Source: Ministeria vibrans ATCC 50519
Lineage: Eukaryota > Protista > Filasterea
NCBI GenBank assembly: GCA_943704425.1
Contig: CALSCP010002736.1
Span: forward strand, 1 to 64,000
DNA length: 64,000 bases
Reading direction: 5' to 3'
Under the pieces are notes generated by a model that was not told where the DNA came from, ran no database searches, and saw only the letters and a list, made by a program, of their open reading frames with translations. The translations under genes and the position numbers were made by a program. The first letter of the stretch is position 1, and every line of letters begins with the position of its first letter. Shown piece by piece: positions 1 through 18,192 of the stretch.

Positions 1-588
1 TGGCATAGTTTGATAATAATTTTGAAATGTGTGCCCACTCCTCCTCCGCCTGCAACGCCTCCTCCTTGCCTCCTTTGCTCTCATTAGCGCTCCACTCTCA
101 TCTCAAATCCGTTTTTTCTTATTCTTTCTCCCTCTCCACTCTCTCTTCCGCCCCAAACAACCGCCTCCTTTCCATACCACATCTCCACTACCCTTTTTGA
201 TTCCTCTCCCACTTCCATGTCAACACAATCAGCTTTTTGTGTGTGTCTCTCTTTTTTTTCTTCTTTTTTTGTTACGTTTCTCGTTTCTTTTTTTGCCTTT
301 TTGCCACGTTTTGGCTGAACTTGGTTTGTCGCATGGTCTTGAATGTGTATCCATCTTCTGTGTGACACCGAGCATAGACTGTGTCAGCTGGGTTTTCTGG
401 ACGATTTTCAACGTTGAAAGTCTGAAACAGCTTTTGCACTCTTTGCTCGTCCACCACGCCAAATCCATGCCTTGCTAGCACCGCGCGATGGCCGTCTGCG
501 GGCCGCTGTAGCCAATGGACCGGTGTGCAGCGACTAATGGGTGTATTACTGTCTCTTCTTTGTGTCTCGGTCGTTTTTTTTGCAATAG

Positions 589-1945
<1,357 letters not shown>

Positions 1946-2090
1946 GCACTCCACTCACATATACACACACTTTGTTTTTTCCCCTTTCTTTTTATTCGTA
2001 TTTCGTATCATTGAAATTTGAATGTACCGAACCAAATTTTAGTTGATCACAATAATTAAAAGTTCAGAAACTCATTTTCGTGCTAAAATC

Positions 2091-6842
<4,752 letters not shown>

Positions 6843-7337
6843 ATGATCGAGTGAGTGTGTGAGAGAGAGTGCGAGGGAGTTCAAAGTTTCGCTAGTACTT
6901 ATTGCAGTTGTGTGAAATAGGTTTGTACAAAAATACAAGAATGTCTGTTTGCAGAATGTTGTAAATCTTTTGCTCCTTTTTTGTCTGTGCATATTATTGA
7001 CAATTTGACTTCGTGGAGACGAATTTTTTTGGACGAAAAATCTAACCTAGGACGAAAGAAAATAATACTTTCCAATTTCCGACTGTCATTTCTCTGTCAG
7101 CTGTGTTCGTGATCAATTGCACTGGGGCAGCCAAGGCTGTTAACATTGACAGCAGGGTGTTATATAAATAATATAATAGATATATGTTTGAGAGGAAGAG
7201 ACCGCGCGGGTTCTTTTGAGGAGAGAGTCGAGTCACAGTCGACGGACGAAACGTGCTTTTTATTCAAACCAATATTACCACTTTTTCTTCTTCTCTTTCT
7301 CTCTCTCACTTTCTCAAATATATACTTTTGTGATCAA

Positions 7338-10215
7338 ATGGTCGAATGCTACGGACTTCAACACACGACTGCCGATGGAACTACCCACCCGGTACCACTC
7401 ACAAGGGTGGATATTGCAGGTTGAATGAATAGAGTTCGTCCGAAAGATTGCAAAAAACGTTGAATGGTACATTTTTTTCTGTATAATCAGCCGTAACAGT
7501 GAGCGAATGCGCTCAAGTGCTCATTGAACAGACGTACAAGAATCCTCTGACTCAGGCTATTGAAGCAGAGTAAGTTGTAATATCAAAGTCGAAAAATTGA
7601 CCCTCTAACCAATTTATCCAGATACTCTTTTCCTTTGGACGAATCGGCCGCTCTGTGCGAATTCTCGTGCGATTTTGACGGTGTTCGTATTGTGGGTGAG
7701 GTGCAAGAAAAGCAGAGTGCAGCACACGTAAGAATTCGAAACAGTCAAATCCACTTTTGGGGGTTGATTTAAACTTGGCGCTTGGTGGTCGCTTGGCGGC
7801 ATTTTTTTCTTTTTTTTTTTTTGAATATAGTCTTACAAAAAAGCTACAAGTGAAGGTCGCAGTGCCGTTCTTGTGGTACAAACAAGACAGGATGTTTTCA
7901 AGGCCAAAGTTGGAAACGTGCAGCCCGGCTCAACAGTGATTGTGCGGCTAAAATACGTCGCGCCATTGAAGCTGGTCGGTCGCGACATCCGCTTTGTTCT
8001 GCCCACCGTCGTAGCTCAACGATACACCCCCACCGGCACTCGTGCAATTGTGTCCCCGCCTATTGCCTCCGAAGAGAGCACACTGTACAAGATGACTTTC
8101 ACAATGGAATGTCAGATGGACTCTCACATTGACAAGATTGTGTCACCGACTCATGGCCATGCGATGTCTGCCTTTGTCCATGGTTCAAAGGCAACCTGTC
8201 AGCTGCTGGAGCATGTTGACGCTGTCATGGATCAGGATTTGGTGGTGCTGATCACACCATCTCAACCGCGAATGGTGCAGGGGTGCATTGAGCGTGACCC
8301 TGCCACTGGCTCGCACGCCGCCATGCTCACCATTTGTCCAAACTTTGAGATGGCCGACAAGCGAGGCGAATATGTCTTTGTGGTGGACCGCAGTGGCTCG
8401 ATGGCCGGCTCGCAGATGCGTCAGGCATGTGCTGCTCTGTTGGTCTTCCTGCGCTCCCTGCCTGCCGACTGCTACTTCAACATTGTTGGATTTGGCTCAC
8501 GCATGGAAATGTTCGAACGACAATCAGTGCGCTACACTGAAGCGTCCATGCGCAATGCCACGACACACGTCGAACGCATGAGCGCCAATCTGGGTGGTAC
8601 AGAGATTCTGTCGCCTCTGCGCGCAGTCATGGGCGCAGCGCTCATTCCGGGCTATGCACGGCAGGTGTTTGTGCTGACGGACGGCCAGGTGTCAAACACC
8701 GCTGCTGTGGTGGAGTACGTGAGCTCACAGAGCCAGCACGCGCGTGTCTTCAGTCTGGGCATTGGCTCGGCTGTGTCGCGTGCGCTGGTGGAAGGGATTG
8801 CGCGTGCAGGCAATGGCACTGCCAAGTTTGCTGTGGAGAGCACGGGTCTGGACGAGCTTGTGGTGCCCCAGCTCAAGCAGGCGATGCAGCCGGCGCTGCG
8901 GGGGATCAACGTGGACTGGGGCGTGAGTGGCGTTGTGCAGTCGGCCGTCACACATCATTCCTCTCCTATGCAGATTCATGGCAATCCCCATCACACCCAC
9001 AACTACAACAACAACACGAACAATGGGACAGTGATTGCCTATCGTCAGGCTCCCTACAAACTGCGCCAAATTTTCAATGGTGAGCGCTTTCAAGCGTTCT
9101 GCCTGATCGAACGAGGTCATCCGTTGCCCACAAGCATCCGCGTGACAGCCTTGACGCCCGATGGACCCGTTGAAGCTTGCGTAGACCTTACGGAGGAGTG
9201 CTTTGTTGATGGGCTGTTGGTGCACCGGATGGCTGCGCGTGCGCTCATTCGTGATCTTGACGATGGAGTCAGTTGGCTGCATGCGGCCAGCAGCGGATTT
9301 GATTCGGTGCACGCACGCGACGAGTCTGTGAAAGAGGAGATGGTGTTCCTCGCCAAGCAATTCAATCTGGCAAGCACACACACGTCGTTTGTTGCTGTTG
9401 ATGTGAGTCCCTTGGGCGATCGTGTGATGTGCGGTGGTGCAGTAAAACACATTGATGTGCCAGTGATGCTCCCGCGCTCTCAGGCAGCAGCAGCTGCGCC
9501 GGTCGTTGCGACTTCGGCGGCGGCAATGAGCTGCAGTGCAGATACAGGAGTGATGGCTATGGGTGCGTGTCCACAGCGAATGGGAGCCATGCCTGTGGCC
9601 ATGGGAGCCAGGCGGCCTGTGGCCATGGGAGCCAGGCGGCCTGTGGCCATGGGAGCACGCGGGCCTCGTCTGGCCACGGCGCGCTTCACCCCAATGGGGC
9701 CGAGTATGAGAGGCAGTCGCGGAAAAGGCGGTGCAGTGGCAATGGGAAGCGAGAGTGAGAGTGAGAGCGACGATGATCATGAGGATGAGGATGAGGATGA
9801 GGATGAGGATGAGGATGAGGATGAGGATGAGGGCGATGATTCGTCGGATGAAGACGATGACGACTCGCTCGTGATGCGGCCCGCTATCTCCAAACCGGTC
9901 GTTGACAATAGCGCTGTGACCACCATTGCAACGCTGCAGGCGCAAGACGGCTCTTTTGCACTTGAGGACCGTCTCGTGCACCTCTGCGGTGTCCCTCGAG
10001 AAGACATAGTGCGCACGTGTGCTCGCGCAGCCAACGCAGTGACTCCGGCACGCGTCACGGCCACTGCCCTCGCCATTGCCTTTCTCTCAGTGCGTCTGCC
10101 TCATCGCGTGGACGCCTGGGAGCTTATGGCCGATAAGGCTCGAGACTTCCTTCTCTCTCACTTGTCCTCTGCTTCTGTCGATTCCGTCATTTCCGCTCTC
10201 AAACTTCTTCTCTAA
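7338..10215 (+). CDS. VIT + von Willebrand A domain protein (VWA5A-like); 4 exons
   Basis: VIT exons (PVPLTRVDIA|...EQTYKNPLTQAIEAE|YSFPLDESAALCEF...IVGEVQEK); vWA MIDAS motifs VVDRSGSM, ANLGGTEI, VFVLTDG, LGIG...GIARAGNG; C-terminal LQAQDGSF...WELMADKA; internal PVAMGARR repeats and a D/E tract. Confidence 0.9.
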
Positions 10216-10625
10216 CTCCTTCTTTTTATTTTGTGTGTGCATGTATGAATGGCTGCGTGTGTGTGTGTGTGTATGTGTGTGTGTGTGTGATTAGAAGAGT
10301 GCAAGAGCGGAAAATATTAGTGGAAAAACGATGAAGTGGAAAAAACGGAAACGGAAAAAAAACAAAACAAAAAAAAAACAAAACGGAAATACGAGAAAAA
10401 AAAAACAATAAAAAACAAAAAACAAAACGACTTGGTTTGGAAGGACTTATGCCAGAGAGAAGATTATAATTTATTGTGCTTGAGGAGCGATGTAGTTTGA
10501 ACGAGAAGAATGCGAATATGAGCGGGTGAAGTCACTTTTTATAATCATACAAACATGGTTCATTAATGTACAGAAAAAATGGTACTGTAGTATACTAATA
10601 ATAGCAAAGATTATTATTATTATAC

Positions 10626-12235
10626 TTAGAGGCGGTGTTGTTTGAGAGGGGAGATTGCGCGTTCGAGGGGATCGCCCGGACCGTATTTGCGCTGATCGAG
10701 ATGGAAATCGTTTGCTTGGGAGTGGGAGACATTGTGCGCTGCCCAAAGACGCAAGAGGAAGCCAAGGGAGAGTTTGAGAGCGAGGAGAGCGGTAAAGAGG
10801 ATTGGGAGAAAGTGAGAGAGGGGGAACGGAATGTGGAGGGAAGGAAGAGCCGTGAACAGAAGGATACGAAGGACAACACAGAGAATGGGAAGAGCGCTAA
10901 AGCCCAAACGAGAGGACGCCAAGTGTGCAGAGTCGAGAAAACGAGTGGGACGCAAGAGGTCACGGCTGAGAATGGATAAGTAGCGAGTGTAGACGCGCGC
11001 ACTAATGCGATTGAATTTGGTAATGAAGGAGTGTTTGATGCAGTCGAGGAAGATCTCCGAGAGAAGCATGGTCGCAATCAGGACCACCATGTGGTCGCGG
11101 AAGTACGAGCCGTCCCACCCTACTTCCGCCATATTCAGCACGGAGACCAACGAGAGCGACGTCAGCACTGCGAATCGTTCAACCATGTCGGAGGAGGTCA
11201 CGTGGAACAAAGTGGATTCAGAGAAACTTTTGAAAACGGAACTTTTCAGTTCGATGAATTGGTTCGAGAGAATCAGCGCAGTGATGGAGTTGTTGTGCGA
11301 CAAAAACGCCACGTTGAGCGTCAGAATCTATAAAGAAGATGTTAAAAAAAAAGGTACGTTCCACTCGATCGATTAATTGATCTGAGTACTACCTGTGAGA
11401 ACTTTGTGACTGCGTGGAAGAGAACGTACGTGGTGGCCAGGAGGAAGTAGAGGAAGAGGTAGAAGGGGTCACGACGACGACGGGTTTGGACACTGCAGGC
11501 GAGCCAGTAGAGGGTGTCCATGATGTCCTGGCCCACCGACGAGAAGAGGCGGTCGACCACCTCAAGCATGTTGTAGATAACGTAGAGCTTGATGGAGGAC
11601 TGGCCGCGAATGGCGTGGTAAAGGCGTGAGAGGTCGAGACGTGAGAGGACAAGAGTGACAGCGACGATCATGAGCAAGCGCATAACGTCGCACAGTGCTG
11701 CGCCTCTGTCGCGCTTCTCCTGGTCTGTGTTGTTTCGGTTGGCGTTGAAGAGGCGCCGGACGAACGTGAAGAGGTGGCGGGGCAGAGAGAAGAGAATGCG
11801 GAGGGGCAGCACAGTGATCATGAAGAGAAAGGAGTCGAGGCAGAGAATGAGGCCGAACCAGAGGAGCTGCTCGAGCACGGGCGGCACCTGGAACACCGTG
11901 ACAACACGGCGGTGCTTCTCGCTTGAGATGGGGTCGTTTTCGTCGGCGAGTGGAGCGGTGAGAACGAACTCGCGCGAGAGAAACCCAAAGAGCGACGGTG
12001 CGCGCAATTGTGAGGGAAGAGAGGAGGTGCGCCGCGCCGGGGGGGTCGACGGAGGAGTGGCGTCAGCACAGGCGGCGTCCTCCTCGGCGTCCGCATCGCT
12101 AGCAGTGTCAAATGAAGAGCGAGCGTCGACCGAACGCGAATGTGAGTTGCCACGCAAGTTGGAGCGCCGGCTGGGACTCGTCGGAGCGTCGCTGGAGGAC
12201 TCCTCAGTTGGCAGTGATCTCTTCCCCGAGGACAT
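10626..12235 (-). CDS. TAPT1: TAPT1/Emp65 ER membrane protein; 2 exons (intron 11392-11328)
   Basis: LEQLLWFGLILCLDSFLFMITVLPLR, YHAIRGQSSIKLYVIYNMLEV, LNVAFLSHNN...SNQFIELKSSVFK, SDMVERF, DCIKHSFITKFN. Confidence 0.93.
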
Positions 12236-12350
12236 GCGATGGCTGTGAAGAAGCGTGAAGTCACTCAAGTCAGGTCAGACTGTCAGAGAAATCTGAAAAA
12301 ATCTGTCTTTTGACTAAAACATTAAATTTTATATATATTTCATTTCTGTG

Positions 12351-13210
12351 ATGAGCAGCGAGCCAACACCATCGCCGTGGGGTGCGCGCGTCCCCGATCT
12401 GGAGGAGGTGGACCCGTCCGACCGCTGTGGGGTTCTTGAGGCGCGCGAACAGGCGTTCAGAGACCGTGCCGTGTACCAGATGAGACTGAGTATGTGCACA
12501 TGTGCATGTGTGGTGTGTGCGCGAGAGCGTCGTAGTGTGCGGGCGCTTGTGAGGCGAAGAGAGAGTGAGAGAGAGAGAAAATAGTTTTCTCTCTCTGCTT
12601 TGCGCTCCTTCTCGCTCTCTGTTGCACCTCTACATCCAGGTTGGAGGGTGGAGGGGGCACGGGCGCCTGCATTGGGCAGCGACGCGGGTCGCTTATGTTT
12701 CTGGACGAATGAGCAAACGACCTTTTTAGTTCTTTTTTTTTGGTTTTGGTTTTGCCGTTTATGTCTCCTTTGGGGACTCTTTTCTGCTGCTCTACGGTGC
12801 ATTCTGCCTCCTATGCAGTGTTTCTGCTGATGGGAGGTGGGCGCAAGTCAGTTTGGTGCGCTGTTGGAGTTTGTTTTTGAGTTTTTGAGTTTTGATTAAT
12901 CGTTTGAGTGTTGCAGAATAAGAACCTGATGGCAATAATTTTTATGATTGATAAAATTAATAATAATTTGTAACAATTTATGTCATTGGCGCTGATGTTT
13001 GTTTTGCTTCCTTCTCTTTTCTTCTTAGTGGTGTTGCGTGACGAGATGCAAACGTGCTACATGCACCATCCAATGGACCACAAGAAGCACTGCCGAGAGA
13101 TCGCCGAGGACTACATGGAGTCGTTCCGCAACCCACCGCCTACTTACCACGCCATTGCGAAGCGTAGAGGGCTTCCCAATGGCGCAGGGCCGGTTAAGGG
13201 GGACGAGTGA
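12351..13210 (+). CDS. NDUFB10: Complex I accessory subunit NDUFB10 (PDSW)-like; 2 exons (12351-12489, 13029-13210)
   Basis: EEVDPSD..GVLEAREQAFRDRAV...MVLRDEMQTCYMHHPMDHKKHCREIAEDY resembles the fungal/plant pattern LRE...CY..EGVNH..KC..L...Y; phase-1 intron in frame. Confidence 0.75.
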
Positions 13211-13407
13211 GAGTGAGTCGTGTGTGTCTAGTGAAGCAAATGTGACAATCTTGATTTTTAACGAGTATCTAGTGTGTAAGGGAGGGGTTATTAGGTGTAA
13301 TAAGAAAAATAATGGAAAATAATAAAAATAGGGGTGCAGAAGAGTTGAGACTGAGGGTTTGAGAAAGAGAGCCGAGAGCAATGCGCAGACTGGAGAGCAG
13401 AAAGCAC

Positions 13408-13510
13408 TCAATAACCAGATTTTGATGGAATTCGGTTGCTCTCACGTTCCTTCTTCGCGAGTTTGCGCAGCATTGGAGCTTTGTTCTTGTGTGTCTATAC
13501 AAAAAGAGGA

Positions 13511-13601
<91 letters not shown>

Positions 13602-16316
13602 AAGATACAAAGTGATAGAGAGAGAGAGGAGAAAGATACAAAGTGATAGAGAGAGAGAGGAGAAAGATACAAAGCGATAGAGAGAGAGAGAGGAGAAAGA
13701 TACAAAGTGATAGAGAGAGAGAGGAGAAAGATACAAAGTGATAGAGAGAGAGAGGAGAAAGATACAAAGTGATAGAGAGAGAGAGAGAGAGGAGAAAGAT
13801 ACAAAGTGATAGAGAGTGAGGGGAGAAAGATACAAAGTGATAGACAGAGAAGAAAGATACAAAGTGATAGAGAGAGGAGAAAGATACAAAGTGATAGAGA
13901 GAGAAGAAAGAAACAGAAGAGAAACGAATAGAGAACAAAGTGATAGAGAGGGTTAAAGGATGTCAATTAGAGATAGTGGACCTTACGAGTTCAATAACAC
14001 CCGGTCGTTGCATCCATGGCTCGCCATCCACCTGCATAGGCAGTGTGTCTATACATAATAATAAGAATAACAATAAACAAACATAGTATCAGAGAGGCAA
14101 GTCATTACAAATAATAGTATCTCATTTACCGACTGTTGTGATTCGGATGACAGAACCTTGACAGATTCGATGAGCCCCAGACGAGATTCCAGTTGTCAGT
14201 CGGCCCTATAATAGAAAAAAAAGATTGAGCACACACACACAAACAAAATCAAACCTAGATTGATTACTAGGAGTGCAAGAGAGGCCTGCTTGACTCACAA
14301 TCACCGACTCACTCTCTCTTTCACTTACCACATGCACTGAGCTGTAGAGACCAACAACTTCAAGACGGCCATCGCCCATGTCCTGCTGGCCAAACTTGGT
14401 GTCGTTCTTGGACGGAGTGCCCCATAGGTCAGCACCACCGTACATCGACGTGATGTTCACCACTGCGATCCCTTCTAGTTTATGCCCCTCACTGCAGCAA
14501 CAAAAACGTGAGTGAATGAGTGAGTGGTCATATATATACATATATATATGTGTGTGTGTGTGTGTGATGATGATGATGATGATGATACGTGATGCGCGCG
14601 ATAGTGTGAATAGTCATACACAACTGATGACTTGAATACGACTTTATGTGGCGGTTCATACCCCAAATCAAGCTTGACTCCATCGCATTCAAGTGAGACG
14701 GACTGATGGACATTCTTGAACTTGTGCTGCAGTGCGTCCTGTGTACCAAACTGTGCGTACCACAATTTATTGCGTGCTCGTGAGCTAAACTATAACCATA
14801 ATGCGAGTGTGAGAGAGCTGTTTTGTGCTCTACTTTGCTACCTTTTGTGGATGTTTCTCTCGCATCAAGTGGAACTTGCGTGCAATGTGAGCATCAACAC
14901 CAATGCTAAAGTAGTTGTTGACAATATCCAAAGGTGCATCGTCGCCCTCAGAGTCCTCGCTGCTAACACTCTCCGTAATGTCTAATCGCCACCTGTAAAA
15001 AACACAAGATGCACACAGAGAATTGAGTTGGCATTGTCTGATAATACCAAAATAAGTTTCTTATTATTATTCTTCTTCTTACCGATCAAGATATTTAATT
15101 TCCGTGTCGTACAGCTCAAGAAGACGCTTCATTGGCTCACCCGTGTAACCACCACCCCAATTGAGGGCACGTGCAAGGTCATTCCCAGTGCCGAGAGGCA
15201 CAATACCAATCGGTGGCCATGACGACGGGTTGAGCTTGTCGAGCACAGAGAGCACCCAACCCACTGTACCGTCGCCACCGCAGCATAACACTTGATACCC
15301 AGGGACCTTTTGAAACATCTCAAGACTGCGCATGAAGAAAAAAATAAAAAGTGCAAACCAGACTTTTGTGAGTGACTGAATGTGTATGTTGTAGAGTGTT
15401 TTACCCTCTGGCAGGTCCCCCGTCGTTGAGATCAAACAACTGACGTGGGTTGAGAAGAAACTGTAGTTGACGCATAAGCTATGTAAAGAGAAGGAGGGAG
15501 CGAGGATAAGTGTCCGTTCCCAGAGTAAGCGAGAGGGTTTCTGCGTTGTGTTGTACCTTTGCGCCTTGATTTCCGCCTGATTTGGGGTTGATGAAGACAA
15601 CCAAGGGAGTCGTTTCGGGAAGGGGGACAATCTACAAGGAGTAAGTACACGTGAATGAGTGTGGGTGAGGAAGAGAAGGAGAAAATATGACGACTGTATA
15701 CGTACGTTGAGTTTGTTGCTGAGAGAGATTGAGGCAGAGGGGTCAAATGGCGAAGGAGAGCTCGGAATGCTCGCAACAGAGTCAACTGAAGAGGCATGAA
15801 CAAGTTTGGGAGAAGATGAAGCAGTGACAGTGGCAATTGAAGCGAGAGCAGTAGTAGTGGTGGTGGTTGTGGTTGATGATGTTGAGGGTGTTTCAGGATC
15901 TGATGCGTGTGCAAGTGCGAGTGAATGTACGTCCAGTTGCAACTGGCTTCCAAACTACATGCGCGCAACATCACAATATTAGCGTGTGTGAAAATATCTC
16001 TGTGTGTGTGAATTTGATAGAAAGAGAGAGAAAGGAAGAGAAACAAAGTGATAGAGAAACAAAGGGATAGACAAAGTGATGGAGAGAGAGAGGAAAGATA
16101 ATGTGTGTGTGGTGTTACATCTGATTTGAGGCGGAATGCAGTGGACGGAAGAATGAGATCTCTGAGAGCACCGAGATTGCATCGTGGAGGAACAGATCCT
16201 TGACACTTTGCATGACACTATAAACAAGCGCGAAAATGTTAAGAGGAGACATCAATTAAAAGAAGGTTAGGAGACGCAACGTATTCACTCTAAAACTCAA
16301 AGAAGTACACACAAAT

Positions 16317-16374
<58 letters not shown>

Positions 16375-17713
16375 GCCCTATCTATTCACACGCACATATC
16401 CACATCCGTTTTTTTTTACCGATCTCTTGCACCATGCACATCTCCACCCATCCAACGACTTTGTCTTGCCACAGTCCTTGCGACACACCATACATGGCTC
16501 CTGCCCAAAGTTGCCCAATACCCAATGGTGTAAGGGTGTCTCATCACCATTTCCTTTCACATTAAAGCTCTGTGAAAGAAAAGAATCAGAAGATTTACAC
16601 AAAAGCCTTTTAGTGCGTGTGAAAATAAAGTTACCTTGACAAACGTTGGACGACAGGGTGATTCCATCCGATAAGCACATTCCTCGTGACTGCACACTTT
16701 GCACACTAGAGTTGTATCAGCACGCACAAACACCACAATTAACACCATTAGTTTTGCTTTGAATATCATTGTGTGCGTGTGGGTGTCTCTGTCTATCTAA
16801 AGTGGCTACCTTGGCAACGCAGTCCTTGTTTCCCCAGATTATTCAGACGTTTCTCGCACACATTGCAATATGCTCCAAACACAAACGTTTTTAAATACCA
16901 CTTGTGTTTCCCTATTGAACAAAAACAACAAAACGTCACGTCAGTTGCGTTGTTCAATGCGTATTTGTGCGGGAGTGCATAGAGAGAATACTCTATAATG
17001 ATTTTTTTTTAGTAAAAGGTACCTTCGCGCACAAAGGACGACGCATCAAGTCCCAGTGCGGCGAGGAGAGGCGCTGCTCGTGTTCCGCCTTCGACCCATT
17101 CCTGCAGTGAGATCCTGCCCGATTCGTGCGAGCTCAAGTCCACTAGCATCTTGCGAAGAAGCTGAATCAAAAAGAGACAAACAGAGTGTTTGTGATGACT
17201 ATTATTCCAACGTGGTGTGGTTTCGTACGGGAAGCGCTTCGGTGTGGTTGTGCCCAAGACCCGTCACTGTTTTAATCATTTGCTTGAGAAGGTTCTCCAG
17301 TTCGCCATCTTCCAGAAAGCCAGAGTTGTCTTCGTCGTATACCTTGAACATGACTACGCGAAAAACAAAACAGTCAGTGAGACGAGAAAGGGAAGCGCGT
17401 CGGGAGAGTGTGAGTGCCGGTGCATGTCAATGCGTACATTCCAGCTTCTGTTCGGGCGTGCCAGCCTCGAGAATGGATGCGGACAGGAGAAACTCCTTGA
17501 ACGAGATGGTCTGGCTCTTGTCTGCGTCAAACGTCTCAAAGAGCCGCTGCACAAGGCTCTCGTCCGCCTTGATTTGCAGTCGTTCGAGCAGAAACATTTT
17601 GAACTCGTCGTAGTTGAGTTCGCCCGAAGGATGTTCCGAATTGGCATCGCCAACGCCCGTCCGGCGCACTGCCGCGTACTCCTTGAACACACGACTGAGC
17701 TCCACCTTGGACA
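13408..17713 (-). CDS. Diacylglycerol kinase, type I architecture (EF-hands, two C1 domains, catalytic and accessory domains); first exon unresolved
   Basis: EF loops [12 protein letters not shown] and [12 protein letters not shown]; C1 domains HKW...CNVC...GLRC..C...H..C and HHWVLGN...CMVC...WRCAWC..CH..C; catalytic motifs [52 protein letters not shown]. Confidence 0.92.
13513..13950 (+). repeat. (GA)n followed by tandem GGAGAAAGATACAAAGTGATAGAGAG minisatellite in the last DGK intron
   Basis: Directly visible; more than 10 copies. Confidence 0.92.
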
Positions 17714-17936
17714 CTGTGCATCGTGGGGTAAAATCAAAAAAAGAGGGAGAGACAGAGAGAGAGGTGAGAAAAAAAAACAAAGAAAACAATAGTTTTGATG
17801 ACGATTGAAGATTGGTTCGAAAAAAAGAGAAAAAATACAATAGCGCGTCGACGGGCTTCAGAGGGGCAGGCACGAGCAGCAGAAAGCCATGAGGTTGGCG
17901 GGGCACGGTGGAAACGGGCGAAGGGAGGCGTGGGAG

Positions 17937-17981
<45 letters not shown>

Positions 17982-18139
17982 CGCGAACTCGTCACATCAG
18001 TGGGGTGTGAAAACGTCCTTGGAGCGCCCACACACGCATGCGATGTGCTAGGTGGTCGCGCGAAAGCCGCATACGGCGCCACGCCACCGTCGTATGGCGC
18101 GAAACAAGCGGAGATGGACATAACGGGAATCCGTTTTTG

Positions 18140-18178
<39 letters not shown>
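18140..18178. repeat. A39 homopolymer about 14 nt inside the intron following the last visible TOR exon
   Basis: Directly visible. Confidence 0.95.
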
Positions 18179-18183
<5 letters not shown>

Positions 18184-18192
18184 GTATCTTAC

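Noticed and set aside
415-470. VDE / TSKECKSC as a TnpB/Fanzor RuvC-zinc finger motif
   Set aside because: The two motifs overlap in different frames, and no other RuvC motifs or long ORF are present.
13595-13950. GTGATAGAGA matches a tet operator half-site
   Set aside because: No palindromic full operator and no vector sequence; it is part of the endogenous repeat family.
17858-18192. Last ~110 aa of the 2482-aa ORF as the true TOR C-terminus
   Set aside because: Read-through into intron sequence (poly-Phe, SLSL) after a consensus donor; no TOR similarity.
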